Source of the DNA: Nitrososphaerota archaeon
Lineage (GTDB): Archaea; Thermoproteota; Nitrososphaeria_A; Caldarchaeales; Wolframiiraptoraceae
Direction of reading: 5' to 3'
Assembly: GCA_021159365.1 (NCBI GenBank)
Contig: JAGGRY010000011.1
Coordinates: forward strand, 1-53,407
DNA length: 53,407 bases
Shown here: positions 36,056 through 44,700 of the stretch, piece after piece
How positions within the stretch are numbered: the stretch's first letter is position 1
How the letters are laid out: each line of letters starts with the position of its first letter
Position numbers and translations under genes: made by a program
Notes under the pieces: generated by a model
Databases searched by the model: none
Seen by the model: only the letters and a program-made list of their open reading frames with translations
Told to the model about the DNA's origin: nothing

Positions 36056-36640
36056 TTGATGAAGGCCAAGGAACTCATAGTCTTGGTGGTCTTGATGATG
36101 ATCGTTGCGATCGCCGTGTTCTTCATAGTCTATCCCACAGGCTTAAAGCCGATCGAAGCCACGCCCACGAAACCTCTCTCAAGATTCATCCTCACAAGTT
36201 CCGCCTTCAAGAGCGGTGAAGATATACCGGAAAAATACACCTGTGATGGAATGGATGTCTCTCCGCCTTTGAGCTGGAGCGGTTTCCCAGCTGAAACGAA
36301 GAGCTTCATTCTGATAGTCGAGGATCCAGATGCTCCAGGAGGGATATTCACTCACTGGATAGTGTATAACATCTCTTCTAAGATCACAAGTCTTTCAGAA
36401 GGTATCGAGAAGGTTGGAAAACTGGATAATGGGATTCTTCAAGGGATGAATAGCTTTGGAAGAATAGGCTATAATGGACCATGTCCACCGCATGGCTCAA
36501 AACATAGATATTATTTCAGAATCTACGCTCTCGACTGCTATATCGACCTACCTCCTGGCGCAACTAGAGAAGAGGTTTTGAAGATGATTAAGGAGCATGT
36601 GATAGGCGAAGCTGAGCTACTCGGATACTATGAAAGATGA
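36056..36640 (+). CDS. PEBP (YbhB/YbcL, Raf-kinase-inhibitor-like) family protein with N-terminal membrane anchor/signal
   Basis: DVSPPLSW, EDPDAPGGIFTHW and GPCPPHGSKHRYYFRIYALD motifs, plus a hydrophobic N-terminus. Confidence 0.8.
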   Translation: MMKAKELIVLVVLMMIVAIAVFFIVYPTGLKPIEATPTKPLSRFILTSSAFKSGEDIPEKYTCDGMDVSPPLSWSGFPAETKSFILIVEDPDAPGGIFTHWIVYNISSKITSLSEGIEKVGKLDNGILQGMNSFGRIGYNGPCPPHGSKHRYYFRIYALDCYIDLPPGATREEVLKMIKEHVIGEAELLGYYER

Positions 36641-36788
36641 TTTTATGGATCAAGGAAAATTAATTATTACATATAATGGATGAAGTTAGGATTTATCTCA
36701 GCAGCATTTTTACAAAATCCCCTAAGATTATTTATCAAAAAGGCGATTATCTGCCGGCTTTTCGCTTGGAAAGGCGAGAAGGTTTTTA

Positions 36789-36810
36789 GATAATGATTGT
36801 TATCATTATC
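36789..36810. promoter_or_regulatory. Perfect 9-bp inverted repeat GATAATGAT-N4-ATCATTATC upstream of the ORF at 36826
   Basis: Read directly. It ends 16 nt before the ATG and overlaps an AT-rich TATA-like stretch (TTTTTAGATAAT). Confidence 0.35.
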
Positions 36811-36825
36811 CAATAAGATGATGGG

Positions 36826-37323
36826 ATGATGGCTCAGCAAGGTGTTATAAAATTACTTGAGGTGATTGAGGCGCTTAGAAACGAAGTCATTAAGAGGCTT
36901 GATGAGATGGAGAGAAAACTTGGGGAGAGAATTAGCAAAAAGGAGCTCGCGAAATTCTTGGAGCTACACTATAATTTGATAACTGCCGTGGCCCTAGGAT
37001 ACTATCTCCAAATCTTGGCGAAGAGTCCTAACCCAACATTATACGAGTTTGAAGAAGGATTGATGAAGCTCCTCAGGATTTGGAAGAAGGTTATAGATCA
37101 GAATAGGGAATTATTTGGAGTTGTTGATTGGTCGATAATCCAAGATGGATCTTCAATAATCCTGAACGCTGCGAGAAGCATCGGCTTACCGTTCGGAACG
37201 GTAGCGGGACTCGTGGTGGAAGTGATGGGATCTGACGCGGAAAAATTCTTGTCCGAGGCATCGATAACAGAGATCTATGGAACGATAAACTTAACTCGAT
37301 GGAGGAGACTGATAAATAAGTAG
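36826..37323 (+). CDS. Hypothetical protein (no family recognised)
   Basis: 165-aa ORF with a helical N-terminus and normal composition. Confidence 0.45.
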   Translation: MMAQQGVIKLLEVIEALRNEVIKRLDEMERKLGERISKKELAKFLELHYNLITAVALGYYLQILAKSPNPTLYEFEEGLMKLLRIWKKVIDQNRELFGVVDWSIIQDGSSIILNAARSIGLPFGTVAGLVVEVMGSDAEKFLSEASITEIYGTINLTRWRRLINK

Positions 37324-37329
37324 ATCTCC

Positions 37330-37617
37330 TCAAAATCCAACGTAGTGACATTTCAAGTGGATCCAATATTCCTCTTCGTTCGTCGTCACGAATCCGCAAT
37401 GAGGGCATGTGAATATAGTTTTAGGTTCGATCACCATCTTCTTCGAGGATTCTTCATCATCGATTATCAATTCAACTTCTCTCACCAAGATTCTATTATA
37501 TGATATGCCCGCTTTGGTTAACGAGTCTCTGATGATAGATAGAATATCGTGAATGGATGGCTTATGCTTCGCTAATTCGTCATCCAATATTATCACATTA
37601 TCTTTTATCACGGGCAT
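37330..37617 (-). CDS. Small protein with C-terminal classical C2H2 zinc-finger pattern
   Basis: 95 aa. FTCPHCGFVTTNEEEYWIHLKCH fits F-x-C-x2-C-x12-H-x3-H. It lies 43 nt downstream of priL on the same strand. Confidence 0.5.
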   Translation of the reverse strand: MPVIKDNVIILDDELAKHKPSIHDILSIIRDSLTKAGISYNRILVREVELIIDDEESSKKMVIEPKTIFTCPHCGFVTTNEEEYWIHLKCHYVGF

Positions 37618-37660
37618 TATGGATTCTTCTATAAGCTCCTCACATAGAGCTGCAGCGAGC

Positions 37661-38743
37661 TTAACTGCGTTCTCCTTCCACTTCAGCCTTATCCTTATCA
37701 GCTTTTCTCAACCTCCTTAAACTCCTCCTAAAGTATGCTAAAGGATTCTTGACTCCGCCGCAGAGTTTTCCATCCTCGACGCAGAGGCCATTCGTTTTCA
37801 TGGTGTCACAGCTTGGAGTCGTGTATTTTGTCCTGCTCCCTCTTAATCCAGCTATATGTTCTATTTGATATCTCGCGATCCTTTGATCAAAGTCAGGTCT
37901 ATGAGCAAATATCTTCAAGATATCATCTAAATTCATCCCTATGTTTATCAGGAACGATGCTAAAGCGAAGTTTGCGAAGTGGCTGACATTCTCCCCTTTC
38001 ATCACGTTTTGATAGATCAGTTTCATGCATGGAGGCCAAGCCTCAGGAGAAGACTCGCCGGAAATGATCTCTTCCTCATATCTCTTTGATGGTAAAGTCG
38101 ACTTTATCTCATCGATTATTTTTTGAAGGTTTTGAGGAAGTTTTGGAGGTCTGCTCATGGCCTTCTCGATGTTCTCTAAAACATATTCCATTACCTTATC
38201 CTTCATAAGTCTGATTAACTCGTTTATGGTTATCATGACTCTTCCGCGGATGACGATTCTATTGACGAGTTTCCAGCTCGGCGCATTAAACGTCATGGAT
38301 CCCTTGAGGTAATCTCTTAATCCCATCGAATATTCATGGGCCATGGCTTGAGCTTCTTCGGCTTTCACATCCATCCCGAATACTTCTCTGGCAATCCTCA
38401 AAATCGTTTTCGAATCATCATCCAATAATAGCTTAGTTGCCAGGGAAGCTTCAGTTAGTGCGAATCTCCTAGCGAGAAACCTATCCTTGATCGCCGCTAT
38501 CAGGATTATGGCTAGGGGGAATGACGCGAGCTCGACGACTTCATCTTCACTCATATTCGATGGATCTACTCCCTCTCCAAGTCTAATGGCGTCCACGATT
38601 CTCTGCTTAGCTCTCTCAACTATCTTCGAGTATGCTGGATCGCTGAAGCTCTCCAAGGTCAGCCCATATTCTGAGATATATCTTCTAGCCTCTGGGAGAA
38701 ATGGATACTTTGCGAGGATGGAGAGCCTCGAAGTTGACGGCAT
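37661..38743 (-). CDS. priL: DNA primase large subunit PriL
   Basis: N-terminus LAKYPFLPEARRY. The Fe-S domain has PPCM...HFANFALASFLINIGM...YTTPSCDTMKTNGLCV. Confidence 0.85.
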   Translation of the reverse strand: MPSTSRLSILAKYPFLPEARRYISEYGLTLESFSDPAYSKIVERAKQRIVDAIRLGEGVDPSNMSEDEVVELASFPLAIILIAAIKDRFLARRFALTEASLATKLLLDDDSKTILRIAREVFGMDVKAEEAQAMAHEYSMGLRDYLKGSMTFNAPSWKLVNRIVIRGRVMITINELIRLMKDKVMEYVLENIEKAMSRPPKLPQNLQKIIDEIKSTLPSKRYEEEIISGESSPEAWPPCMKLIYQNVMKGENVSHFANFALASFLINIGMNLDDILKIFAHRPDFDQRIARYQIEHIAGLRGSRTKYTTPSCDTMKTNGLCVEDGKLCGGVKNPLAYFRRSLRRLRKADKDKAEVEGERS

Positions 38744-38775
38744 CCAAATATATCGTGGATTAATCTGCTTTTAAG

Positions 38776-39309
38776 TTAAATCTTCTTTAAGGCATCTCCT
38801 AATACCTTTTTAAGCTCCGAGTCTTTGAGCTCATCTAGGGCGGACTCATAGATCTCTCTAACCTCAGCGTATCCCTTCCTGAGATACTTTATCGCTTGAA
38901 GCCCTCTCTCAAGTTTATCCACCTCTCTCACGAGCCTTGAGACTTCGTCTTCACCCTTTGAAAATCTTCTCCAAGCATCTAGATAGGTTTCAGCGAGTTC
39001 CTTTGGCATGGACTTCACTAAATCTTCAAAGAACTTTCTCTCCCTTTCTTCGAGATCTTTTAGCTCCGCCTTCATCTTTGGGGTTAGATCTCCTATAGTT
39101 GATTCGGCTAGATCGTGGATCAAGGCCATTCTAACGGCGTCCAAGACGTCCAAGCCTCTGAGATCCGCGATTATCATGGTGAGTAGGGCGACCGCGTATG
39201 AGTGCGACGCAACCGTCTCCGGATCCTTCACGCCTCTTTGAATCCATCCCGTTCTCCTAAGTTCCTTGAGTTTTGAGATGTGTTCATGGAGTTTTATGAT
39301 CAGATTCAT
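38776..39309 (-). CDS. HD-domain phosphohydrolase (YfbR-like 5'-deoxynucleotidase family)
   Basis: RTGWIQRGV..PETVASHSY and LIHDLAESTIGDLTP motifs. ATG 39309 overlaps the upstream stop codon (TGATG); the track start is TTG 39312. Confidence 0.75.
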   Translation of the reverse strand: MNLIIKLHEHISKLKELRRTGWIQRGVKDPETVASHSYAVALLTMIIADLRGLDVLDAVRMALIHDLAESTIGDLTPKMKAELKDLEERERKFFEDLVKSMPKELAETYLDAWRRFSKGEDEVSRLVREVDKLERGLQAIKYLRKGYAEVREIYESALDELKDSELKKVLGDALKKI

Positions 39310-40601
39310 CAATGATGACTTGATCGCTCAGTTAATAATCCTTCCTCAAAGAGCTTCTTAACGATCTTGAATACCCCAGACCCATATTGAGCCGCCTTCT
39401 TAGGTCTAAGCCTAAGTCTCTCTGGAACTCCGAGGGCTTCAGCGGCTTTCCTCAGAATCCATTTCCGAACTATCTCTCCATCGACTTCCCTTAACTTCAT
39501 CTTTAATTCAATTGATTTTGAGAGTTCATAGATTCTCCTCGTTAGGTATGGTGTCGTTAGGGTTGACTTCGCTGAGGCCACGGCCAATTCATCCCTCTCC
39601 AAGTTGGTGATGTAGAGGTTCTCCAAATCCCTTAGGATATGTTCATTCACCTTCTCTCCGATCCTCCTGAACATCTCGACATATTTCCAATATCCTCCGA
39701 ATAATTCATCTGCTCCCTGCCCTGCAACGATATTTTTCGTCGCTGAGTTCCTCGAGACTATGTGGAAAATTGAGGCTAAGGATAAATCCATCAAAGATCT
39801 TTGAGGAAGTATCTCGATGAGGCTTTGAACGGTTTCGAGGATGTTATCCTTGTGAACAGGGATCTTCTTGAGATTTGTTCCCAAGATATCGGCGGCTTCC
39901 AACGCTTGCTCAAAGTCTATGCACCCCTCAACCCCAACAACTATAAGCTCGATCTTCTTCCCTAATTGAAGGGCCAGGTGAGCTATTATCGAGCTATCCA
40001 ATCCGCCTGAGAATGCAATTGAGCATCTTTCCGGCACATAGTTTTTGATTGAATTCTTGATCTGCTCGGCGAGATAGTTTACTGGATCTCTGACCGAGAC
40101 ATGTATAGGTTCATACCATTTCATAGTCTTTAAGCCCTTTTCACTGAATATCGAAATAGTTCCAGGTCTTATGGGCTTCGCGTCGGCTCCCAGCGGAATC
40201 CTCTCCGAGGCCGCGGATAATTCTCTATTCACGATCTTCAGGTTTAACGGTATGAGTCCTACATGATCTCGGAAGAAGATTATCATGTTATTTGTGATCT
40301 TTACTCCAGAATAGAATCCATCAACTCTTCCAAGGATAAGGCTGAGATCTTTAATCGAATTTGTTTCCCAAATCATTTGAGGGAAGTCCTCGACCTCAGG
40401 AGTGCTGTGATCGATCCAGAGTAGTCTTCTCTCATCCGCTAGGACCGATTCTTTCTCGGCTATCAGGTGAATATAGCCTAAATTAGTCTTCAGCGAATAT
40501 TCTTCCAACCCCTTCTTAACTCTATGACTCTGCCTATCCTTGAGGTATTGAGCCTTCCTTCTGGCCTCGGGTTCAGATGATCCTAGGACGAGGGCTATCA
40601 T
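39309..40601 (-). CDS. Asparagine synthetase B-like PP-loop ATP pyrophosphatase lacking the N-terminal catalytic Cys
   Basis: PP-loop AFSGGLDSSIIAHLA, AsnB-like FRDHVGLIPL and GQGADELFGGY. The N-terminus is MIALV rather than MCG, so the Ntn glutaminase nucleophile is absent. Confidence 0.7.
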   Translation of the reverse strand: MIALVLGSSEPEARRKAQYLKDRQSHRVKKGLEEYSLKTNLGYIHLIAEKESVLADERRLLWIDHSTPEVEDFPQMIWETNSIKDLSLILGRVDGFYSGVKITNNMIIFFRDHVGLIPLNLKIVNRELSAASERIPLGADAKPIRPGTISIFSEKGLKTMKWYEPIHVSVRDPVNYLAEQIKNSIKNYVPERCSIAFSGGLDSSIIAHLALQLGKKIELIVVGVEGCIDFEQALEAADILGTNLKKIPVHKDNILETVQSLIEILPQRSLMDLSLASIFHIVSRNSATKNIVAGQGADELFGGYWKYVEMFRRIGEKVNEHILRDLENLYITNLERDELAVASAKSTLTTPYLTRRIYELSKSIELKMKLREVDGEIVRKWILRKAAEALGVPERLRLRPKKAAQYGSGVFKIVKKLFEEGLLTERSSHH

Positions 40602-41090
40602 CTAGACTCCTAGGAGTAGGTCGTCGGTTATTCCAACTGCGTGGAAGATCTCTTCCTCGATCTTCATGGGCTTAACCTTCTCCATCGCCTTAAGCTCCCT
40701 ATACTTCTTATAGAATGCGGCTCTAACGATCTCGACCTGCTTAAAGAGATGTTCTCCATTCCTATAATTTGCCTTTCTCCTCTTCTTGATCCTGAAACCG
40801 TCTTCAGCCCGCTCAGATAATTGATAAACTACTGTTCCACCGAGCTTCATGAAGGACTTGATCCTCCTCTTCGTGGGCTTCGCGGAGACCTCGACGAGAA
40901 CTGAGTAGAGCTTCTTCTCTCCATCTTCATTTGCGAGTATATCTATCGCGAACCCGCATCTCCCATGCTTTAGGTAGATCGCCCGTTCATGGGGTAGATG
41001 TCTATGAGTCGCCAACCCCACTACTTCAGGTCTTGAGATCAGATTCACTATCTCCCTGGTTATGCTGGAGATCTTCACGACCATACCCAT
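40602..41090 (-). CDS. Hypothetical protein, possibly PD-(D/E)xK nuclease-like
   Basis: 162 aa. HERAIYL...FAIDILA...VLVEVSAK is loosely reminiscent of E / D / E-x-K restriction-endonuclease-fold motifs. Its stop abuts the AsnB-like start with no spacer. Confidence 0.4.
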   Translation of the reverse strand: MGMVVKISSITREIVNLISRPEVVGLATHRHLPHERAIYLKHGRCGFAIDILANEDGEKKLYSVLVEVSAKPTKRRIKSFMKLGGTVVYQLSERAEDGFRIKKRRKANYRNGEHLFKQVEIVRAAFYKKYRELKAMEKVKPMKIEEEIFHAVGITDDLLLGV

Positions 41091-41146
41091 AATTCATGAG
41101 ACTCGGATATAAGAGGTTAATCCACCTCACGGTATCTCGCTTAAAA

Positions 41147-41405
41147 TCAGAGTAGGGTTACCCGCTTTCCCAAATGTTTCGCCTCTCCAGCCTGCTTTGC
41201 ATCCACGGTGATCAAGGTATCCGAGCCAACGATGTATAGGGAGTCGTAGATCGCCAATTTTTCTCCAGGGCGATTTCGAAGGCTTGCTCCAAGAACTCTT
41301 TGAAGCTTAGAACCTTTAGGGTCTTGGATAATTCTTGGAGTTCCCTGAACCTCTCCCGCGCTTCTTGGAGGCGACTCGATGGACTTCAAAAACTAGATTG
41401 ATCAT
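41147..41405 (-). pseudogene. Frameshifted PIN-domain (VapC-like) gene remnant
   Basis: The track ORF frame gives a PIN C-terminus (LAIYDSLYIVGSDTLITVDAKQAGEAKHLG). An adjacent frame gives the PIN middle (RLQEARERFRELQELSKTLKVLSFKEFLEQAFEIALEKN). The two frames join at an A5 run (plus-strand T5 at 41258-41262). The N-terminus MINLVFEV lies in a third frame. Confidence 0.5.
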
Positions 41406-41463
41406 CGGAAGCGATTTAGATAGATATTTATCCTCGACCATTCAGCTTGATTAAGGACGAGAA

Positions 41464-42447
41464 TTGGTCAAGTACTCGAGGCCTAGACACGGTTCATTGG
41501 CTTATCTTCCCAGAAGCAGGGCTAGCAGAATCCTTCCACGAGTTAAGTTTTGGCCCAAATACGATGGCGAGCCGAAGCCTCTTGGATTCATAGGTTATAA
41601 GGCTGGCCACCTCACCAGCTTCTACATCGACACCACCCCTAATTCTCCGACTCAAGGGCTTGAGATAGCTAAGGTTGGGACGGTTATCGCTACTCCTCCT
41701 ATGATCGTGGCCGGAGTGGTTGGATATGGCGAGGAAGATGGCGGTCTAAGGGAGCTTACCAGGGTTTGGAGCAAGAAGCTTCCAGACATAATCAAGAGGA
41801 AGATCTCGACCTGGAGACCCAATGAGGATGAGGGAATCGAGAAGCTGAAGTCTCTAAAGGATCAATTAGTAGAGGTCAGGATTATTGGGATGGCCAGACC
41901 CGCCTTGGCAGGTCTCCCGAAGAAGACTCCAGACCTACTCGAGATAAAGGTTGGAGGAGCGCTCGATAAAGCCCTAGAATATGCTTTATCTAAGCTCGGC
42001 GAGGAGATCAGGATCAAGGAGATCTTCAAGCCCGGAGACTTCATAGACGTGATCGGGGTGACGAAGGGTAAGGGTTTCGCGGGAGTAGTTAAGCGATGGG
42101 GAGTGAAGATCTTGCCGAGGAAGAAGCGTAAGGGTAGGAGGGTTGTAGGAGCGATTGGGCCGTGGAAGCCGCCCTACGTCATGTACACCGTTCCGAGGCC
42201 AGGTCAATTAGGCTATCATAGGAGAACCGAGTTCAATAAGCGGATTCTCTTAATCGAGGATGATGGATTGAAGCTTACGCCTAAGGGAGGGTTCCCGCAT
42301 TTCGGAGTAGTCAAGACTGAATGCATAGTGTTGGAAGGAACTGTTCCAGGACCACCTAAGAGGCCGATAGTCTTGAGATATCCTGCGAAGCCTCCGAAGA
42401 TCGTGCCTGAACCCCCTGAAGTAACCTATGTTGGACTTGTGAAATGA
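41464..42447 (+). CDS. rpl3: 50S ribosomal protein uL3
   Basis: RPRHGSLAYLPRSRA N-terminus, FKPGDFIDVIGVTKGKGFAGVVKRWG; TTG start. Confidence 0.9.
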   Translation: MVKYSRPRHGSLAYLPRSRASRILPRVKFWPKYDGEPKPLGFIGYKAGHLTSFYIDTTPNSPTQGLEIAKVGTVIATPPMIVAGVVGYGEEDGGLRELTRVWSKKLPDIIKRKISTWRPNEDEGIEKLKSLKDQLVEVRIIGMARPALAGLPKKTPDLLEIKVGGALDKALEYALSKLGEEIRIKEIFKPGDFIDVIGVTKGKGFAGVVKRWGVKILPRKKRKGRRVVGAIGPWKPPYVMYTVPRPGQLGYHRRTEFNKRILLIEDDGLKLTPKGGFPHFGVVKTECIVLEGTVPGPPKRPIVLRYPAKPPKIVPEPPEVTYVGLVK

Positions 42448-42574
42448 AAATTACATTAATGGAGTGCTTACTTCTGGTTGATGATACACCATTTCAATTA
42501 GGCTCATATTCCCATTCAATTCTCTCATGATTGTGTAATTCTCTTCTCTATTGACTGCTCCTTAATCTCTCATG

Positions 42575-42590
42575 TTTTTAGTTAAATAAT
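42575..42590 (+). promoter_or_regulatory. TATA-like box upstream of rpl4
   Basis: TTTTTAGTTAAATAAT lies 27-42 nt upstream of ATG 42617, within a 169-bp spacer separating rpl3 from rpl4. Confidence 0.35.
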
Positions 42591-42616
42591 GGCTTTACAC
42601 GGATTCTTGGGGTTGG

Positions 42617-43453
42617 ATGAGCATCTTAGTCGAGCTTTTGATGAATGCTTCTAGGGCTGGAGAGAGGCGGGCTGGAGTTCTGGGATTAGATGGGAGTAGG
42701 GTCGATGAGATTAAGGTTCCCAAGACCTTTTACGCTCCTAGAAGGGAAGACCTGGTTTGGAGGGCCTTCATCCATCTTCAAACTCATACTCTTCAGCCTA
42801 AAGGAGCTTTCAAGGGATCTGGTCACAAGTATTCAGCCGAGTCTCTTGGAGTAGGTCTTGGGATGGCGAGGATCGCTAGGATTAAGGCGAGTGGAACCGG
42901 TAAAGCTCAGGCGGGTGGAATGGTTCCCTCAGCGGTCGGCGGCAGACCCACTCATCCACCTGTTCCTGAGAAGAAGATTCACAAGGATCTTAATGAGAAG
43001 GAGAAGAAGATGGCCTTACTCGTGGCGATAGCATATACCGCGGATAGAGAGGCCGTTGTTAGGAGAGGCCATAGAGTTCCAGAGGATCTAGAGCTTCCAA
43101 TAGTGGTCGATGATAGAATCGAGTCGATCGCGAAGACCAGGGAGCTTGAGGAATTCTTGAAGAAGCTTGGACTCGGCGAGGAGCTTGAGAGATGTAAGTT
43201 GAAGAAGATTAGGGCTGGGAAGGGTAAGCGGAGAGGTAGGAGATATAAGCGAAGAGTCGGACCATTGATAGTCGTCTTAGAGGATAAAGGGATCTTCGAT
43301 GCTGCGGATAACTTGCCTGGAGTAGATGTCGTTAGATTGAAGGATCTAAGCGTCCTCCATCTAGCGCCTGGAGCTAAGCCCGGTAGATTGACTATTTGGA
43401 GTAAATCCGCCTTCGAGAATTTGGATGAGATTGTTTTGGGTGGTGTTGGATGA
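42617..43453 (+). CDS. rpl4: 50S ribosomal protein uL4
   Basis: [28 protein letters not shown] and [13 protein letters not shown] motifs. An alternative start is ATG 42641. Confidence 0.85.
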   Translation: MSILVELLMNASRAGERRAGVLGLDGSRVDEIKVPKTFYAPRREDLVWRAFIHLQTHTLQPKGAFKGSGHKYSAESLGVGLGMARIARIKASGTGKAQAGGMVPSAVGGRPTHPPVPEKKIHKDLNEKEKKMALLVAIAYTADREAVVRRGHRVPEDLELPIVVDDRIESIAKTRELEEFLKKLGLGEELERCKLKKIRAGKGKRRGRRYKRRVGPLIVVLEDKGIFDAADNLPGVDVVRLKDLSVLHLAPGAKPGRLTIWSKSAFENLDEIVLGGVG

Positions 43454-43710
43454 GGAGCTCTGAGATCATTAAGAGGGTTGTGATAACTCAGGACGCCGTG
43501 TCCCTCATCGAGAAGGAGAATAAGTTGACCTTCATCGTGGACATTAGAGCGACTAAGAGGGATATCAAGCGCGCAGTCGAGGAATTATATGGAGTGAAGG
43601 TTGAGAAGGTGAACACCATGATAACCCCGCGTGGAGAGAAGAAGGCATACGTCAAGCTAAAGAAGGAATATCCAGCGTCAGAACTCGCAGTAGAACTCGG
43701 AATCTTCTAA
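43450..43710 (+). CDS. rpl23: 50S ribosomal protein uL23
   Basis: 86 aa with [30 protein letters not shown]; 4-nt overlap with rpl4. Confidence 0.85.
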   Translation: MRSSEIIKRVVITQDAVSLIEKENKLTFIVDIRATKRDIKRAVEELYGVKVEKVNTMITPRGEKKAYVKLKKEYPASELAVELGIF

Positions 43711-43715
43711 TCAAC

Positions 43716-44621
43716 TTACCCTTCAGATAGCAGGCTTCTCCTAGACCTTAATGAGATCATCTTCAAAATCGCTTTATCTAATTCTATTGGTTCACCCTTT
43801 CTCAATTTATCGAGTAAATGGAATGTTTCGAGACCTATCTTGATCATGTCTTTCTCAAGCTTCGATACATCGACTTCTCCAATCTTTATCCTATCCTCAC
43901 TCTCTTCAAAATTGTTCACGATTGCTAGGATGCATCCGGTTAAGATCCTCTTATCGATCTTTCCCTCATAATAGTCTCTTAGAATGCAGTAGGCCGAGAA
44001 CTCCATCTCACTCGACAATGCTCCCATCTCCCTAAAGGATGAAAGCCTCTGTTTCAGAAACTCTCTTCTAGGCGAGAAGTGCGGAGTCTCCTTAAAGTAT
44101 AGATTATCTTTCGTGTGAACTGGTCCTATCCAGAGATTCTCTCCAAGCCTATATCCATGCATTTCGGAGGCCAGGATCATTATTGGGATTAACTCTGGAC
44201 TCGCCGTCGCCGGAAACTCTAAGCCTATCACCGCTTGACTTGAACTCTCATCTCTTATCGATGAGATCGGTATATGGAGGTGGCCTCCCCTAACATAGGG
44301 TTGAAGAGATCCGGCTGTCCCAAGTCTGAGAATAGTCAATAATTCTCCCTCGGCGGCCTCGATTATCTCCGGCAAGATTATCATGGCGCTGGCGGGACCC
44401 ATTCCGGTTGAGATAGCTGAGATCTTTAATCCCTTATAAGCTCCATTAACGATTATGTGGCCTCTTCCACCCTCGAAGACCTCGGCACATTCTAGAAATT
44501 CTGCAACCATTTTCATTCGTTTGGGAGATCCAGCCGTTAAGATGTTTGGGTTAAGCCTCTCGATCTCTAGATGGGCCATCTTACCGGTCTTAGTTGAGAA
44601 GGTTATTCCATCAAACTTCAT
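43716..44621 (-). CDS. Nucleoside phosphorylase family protein (PNP_UDP_1; uridine/purine nucleoside phosphorylase-like)
   Basis: GSPKRMKMVAEFL, ISTGMGPASAMI and LRLGTAGSLQP motifs, with a C-terminal extension. Confidence 0.65.
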   Translation of the reverse strand: MKFDGITFSTKTGKMAHLEIERLNPNILTAGSPKRMKMVAEFLECAEVFEGGRGHIIVNGAYKGLKISAISTGMGPASAMIILPEIIEAAEGELLTILRLGTAGSLQPYVRGGHLHIPISSIRDESSSQAVIGLEFPATASPELIPIMILASEMHGYRLGENLWIGPVHTKDNLYFKETPHFSPRREFLKQRLSSFREMGALSSEMEFSAYCILRDYYEGKIDKRILTGCILAIVNNFEESEDRIKIGEVDVSKLEKDMIKIGLETFHLLDKLRKGEPIELDKAILKMISLRSRRSLLSEG

Positions 44622-44651
44622 GACCTGTTAAAGGAGGTTTTCTGGATTTTT

Positions 44652-44700
44652 AAGACTTTCAAGGCTTCCTCAACCACTCACGAGAACCGGTGAAAGTCTT
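44652..44700 (+). other. 10-bp-stem hairpin (AAGACTTTCA ... TGAAAGTCTT, 29-nt loop) in the rpl2 upstream region
   Basis: Read directly. It ends 56 nt before the rpl2 ATG at 44757. Confidence 0.3.

Noticed and set aside
42478-42484. C-box-like UUGAUGA in the rpl3-rpl4 spacer
   Set aside because: There is no CUGA D or D' box anywhere in the following 120 nt, so it does not form a C/D sRNA.
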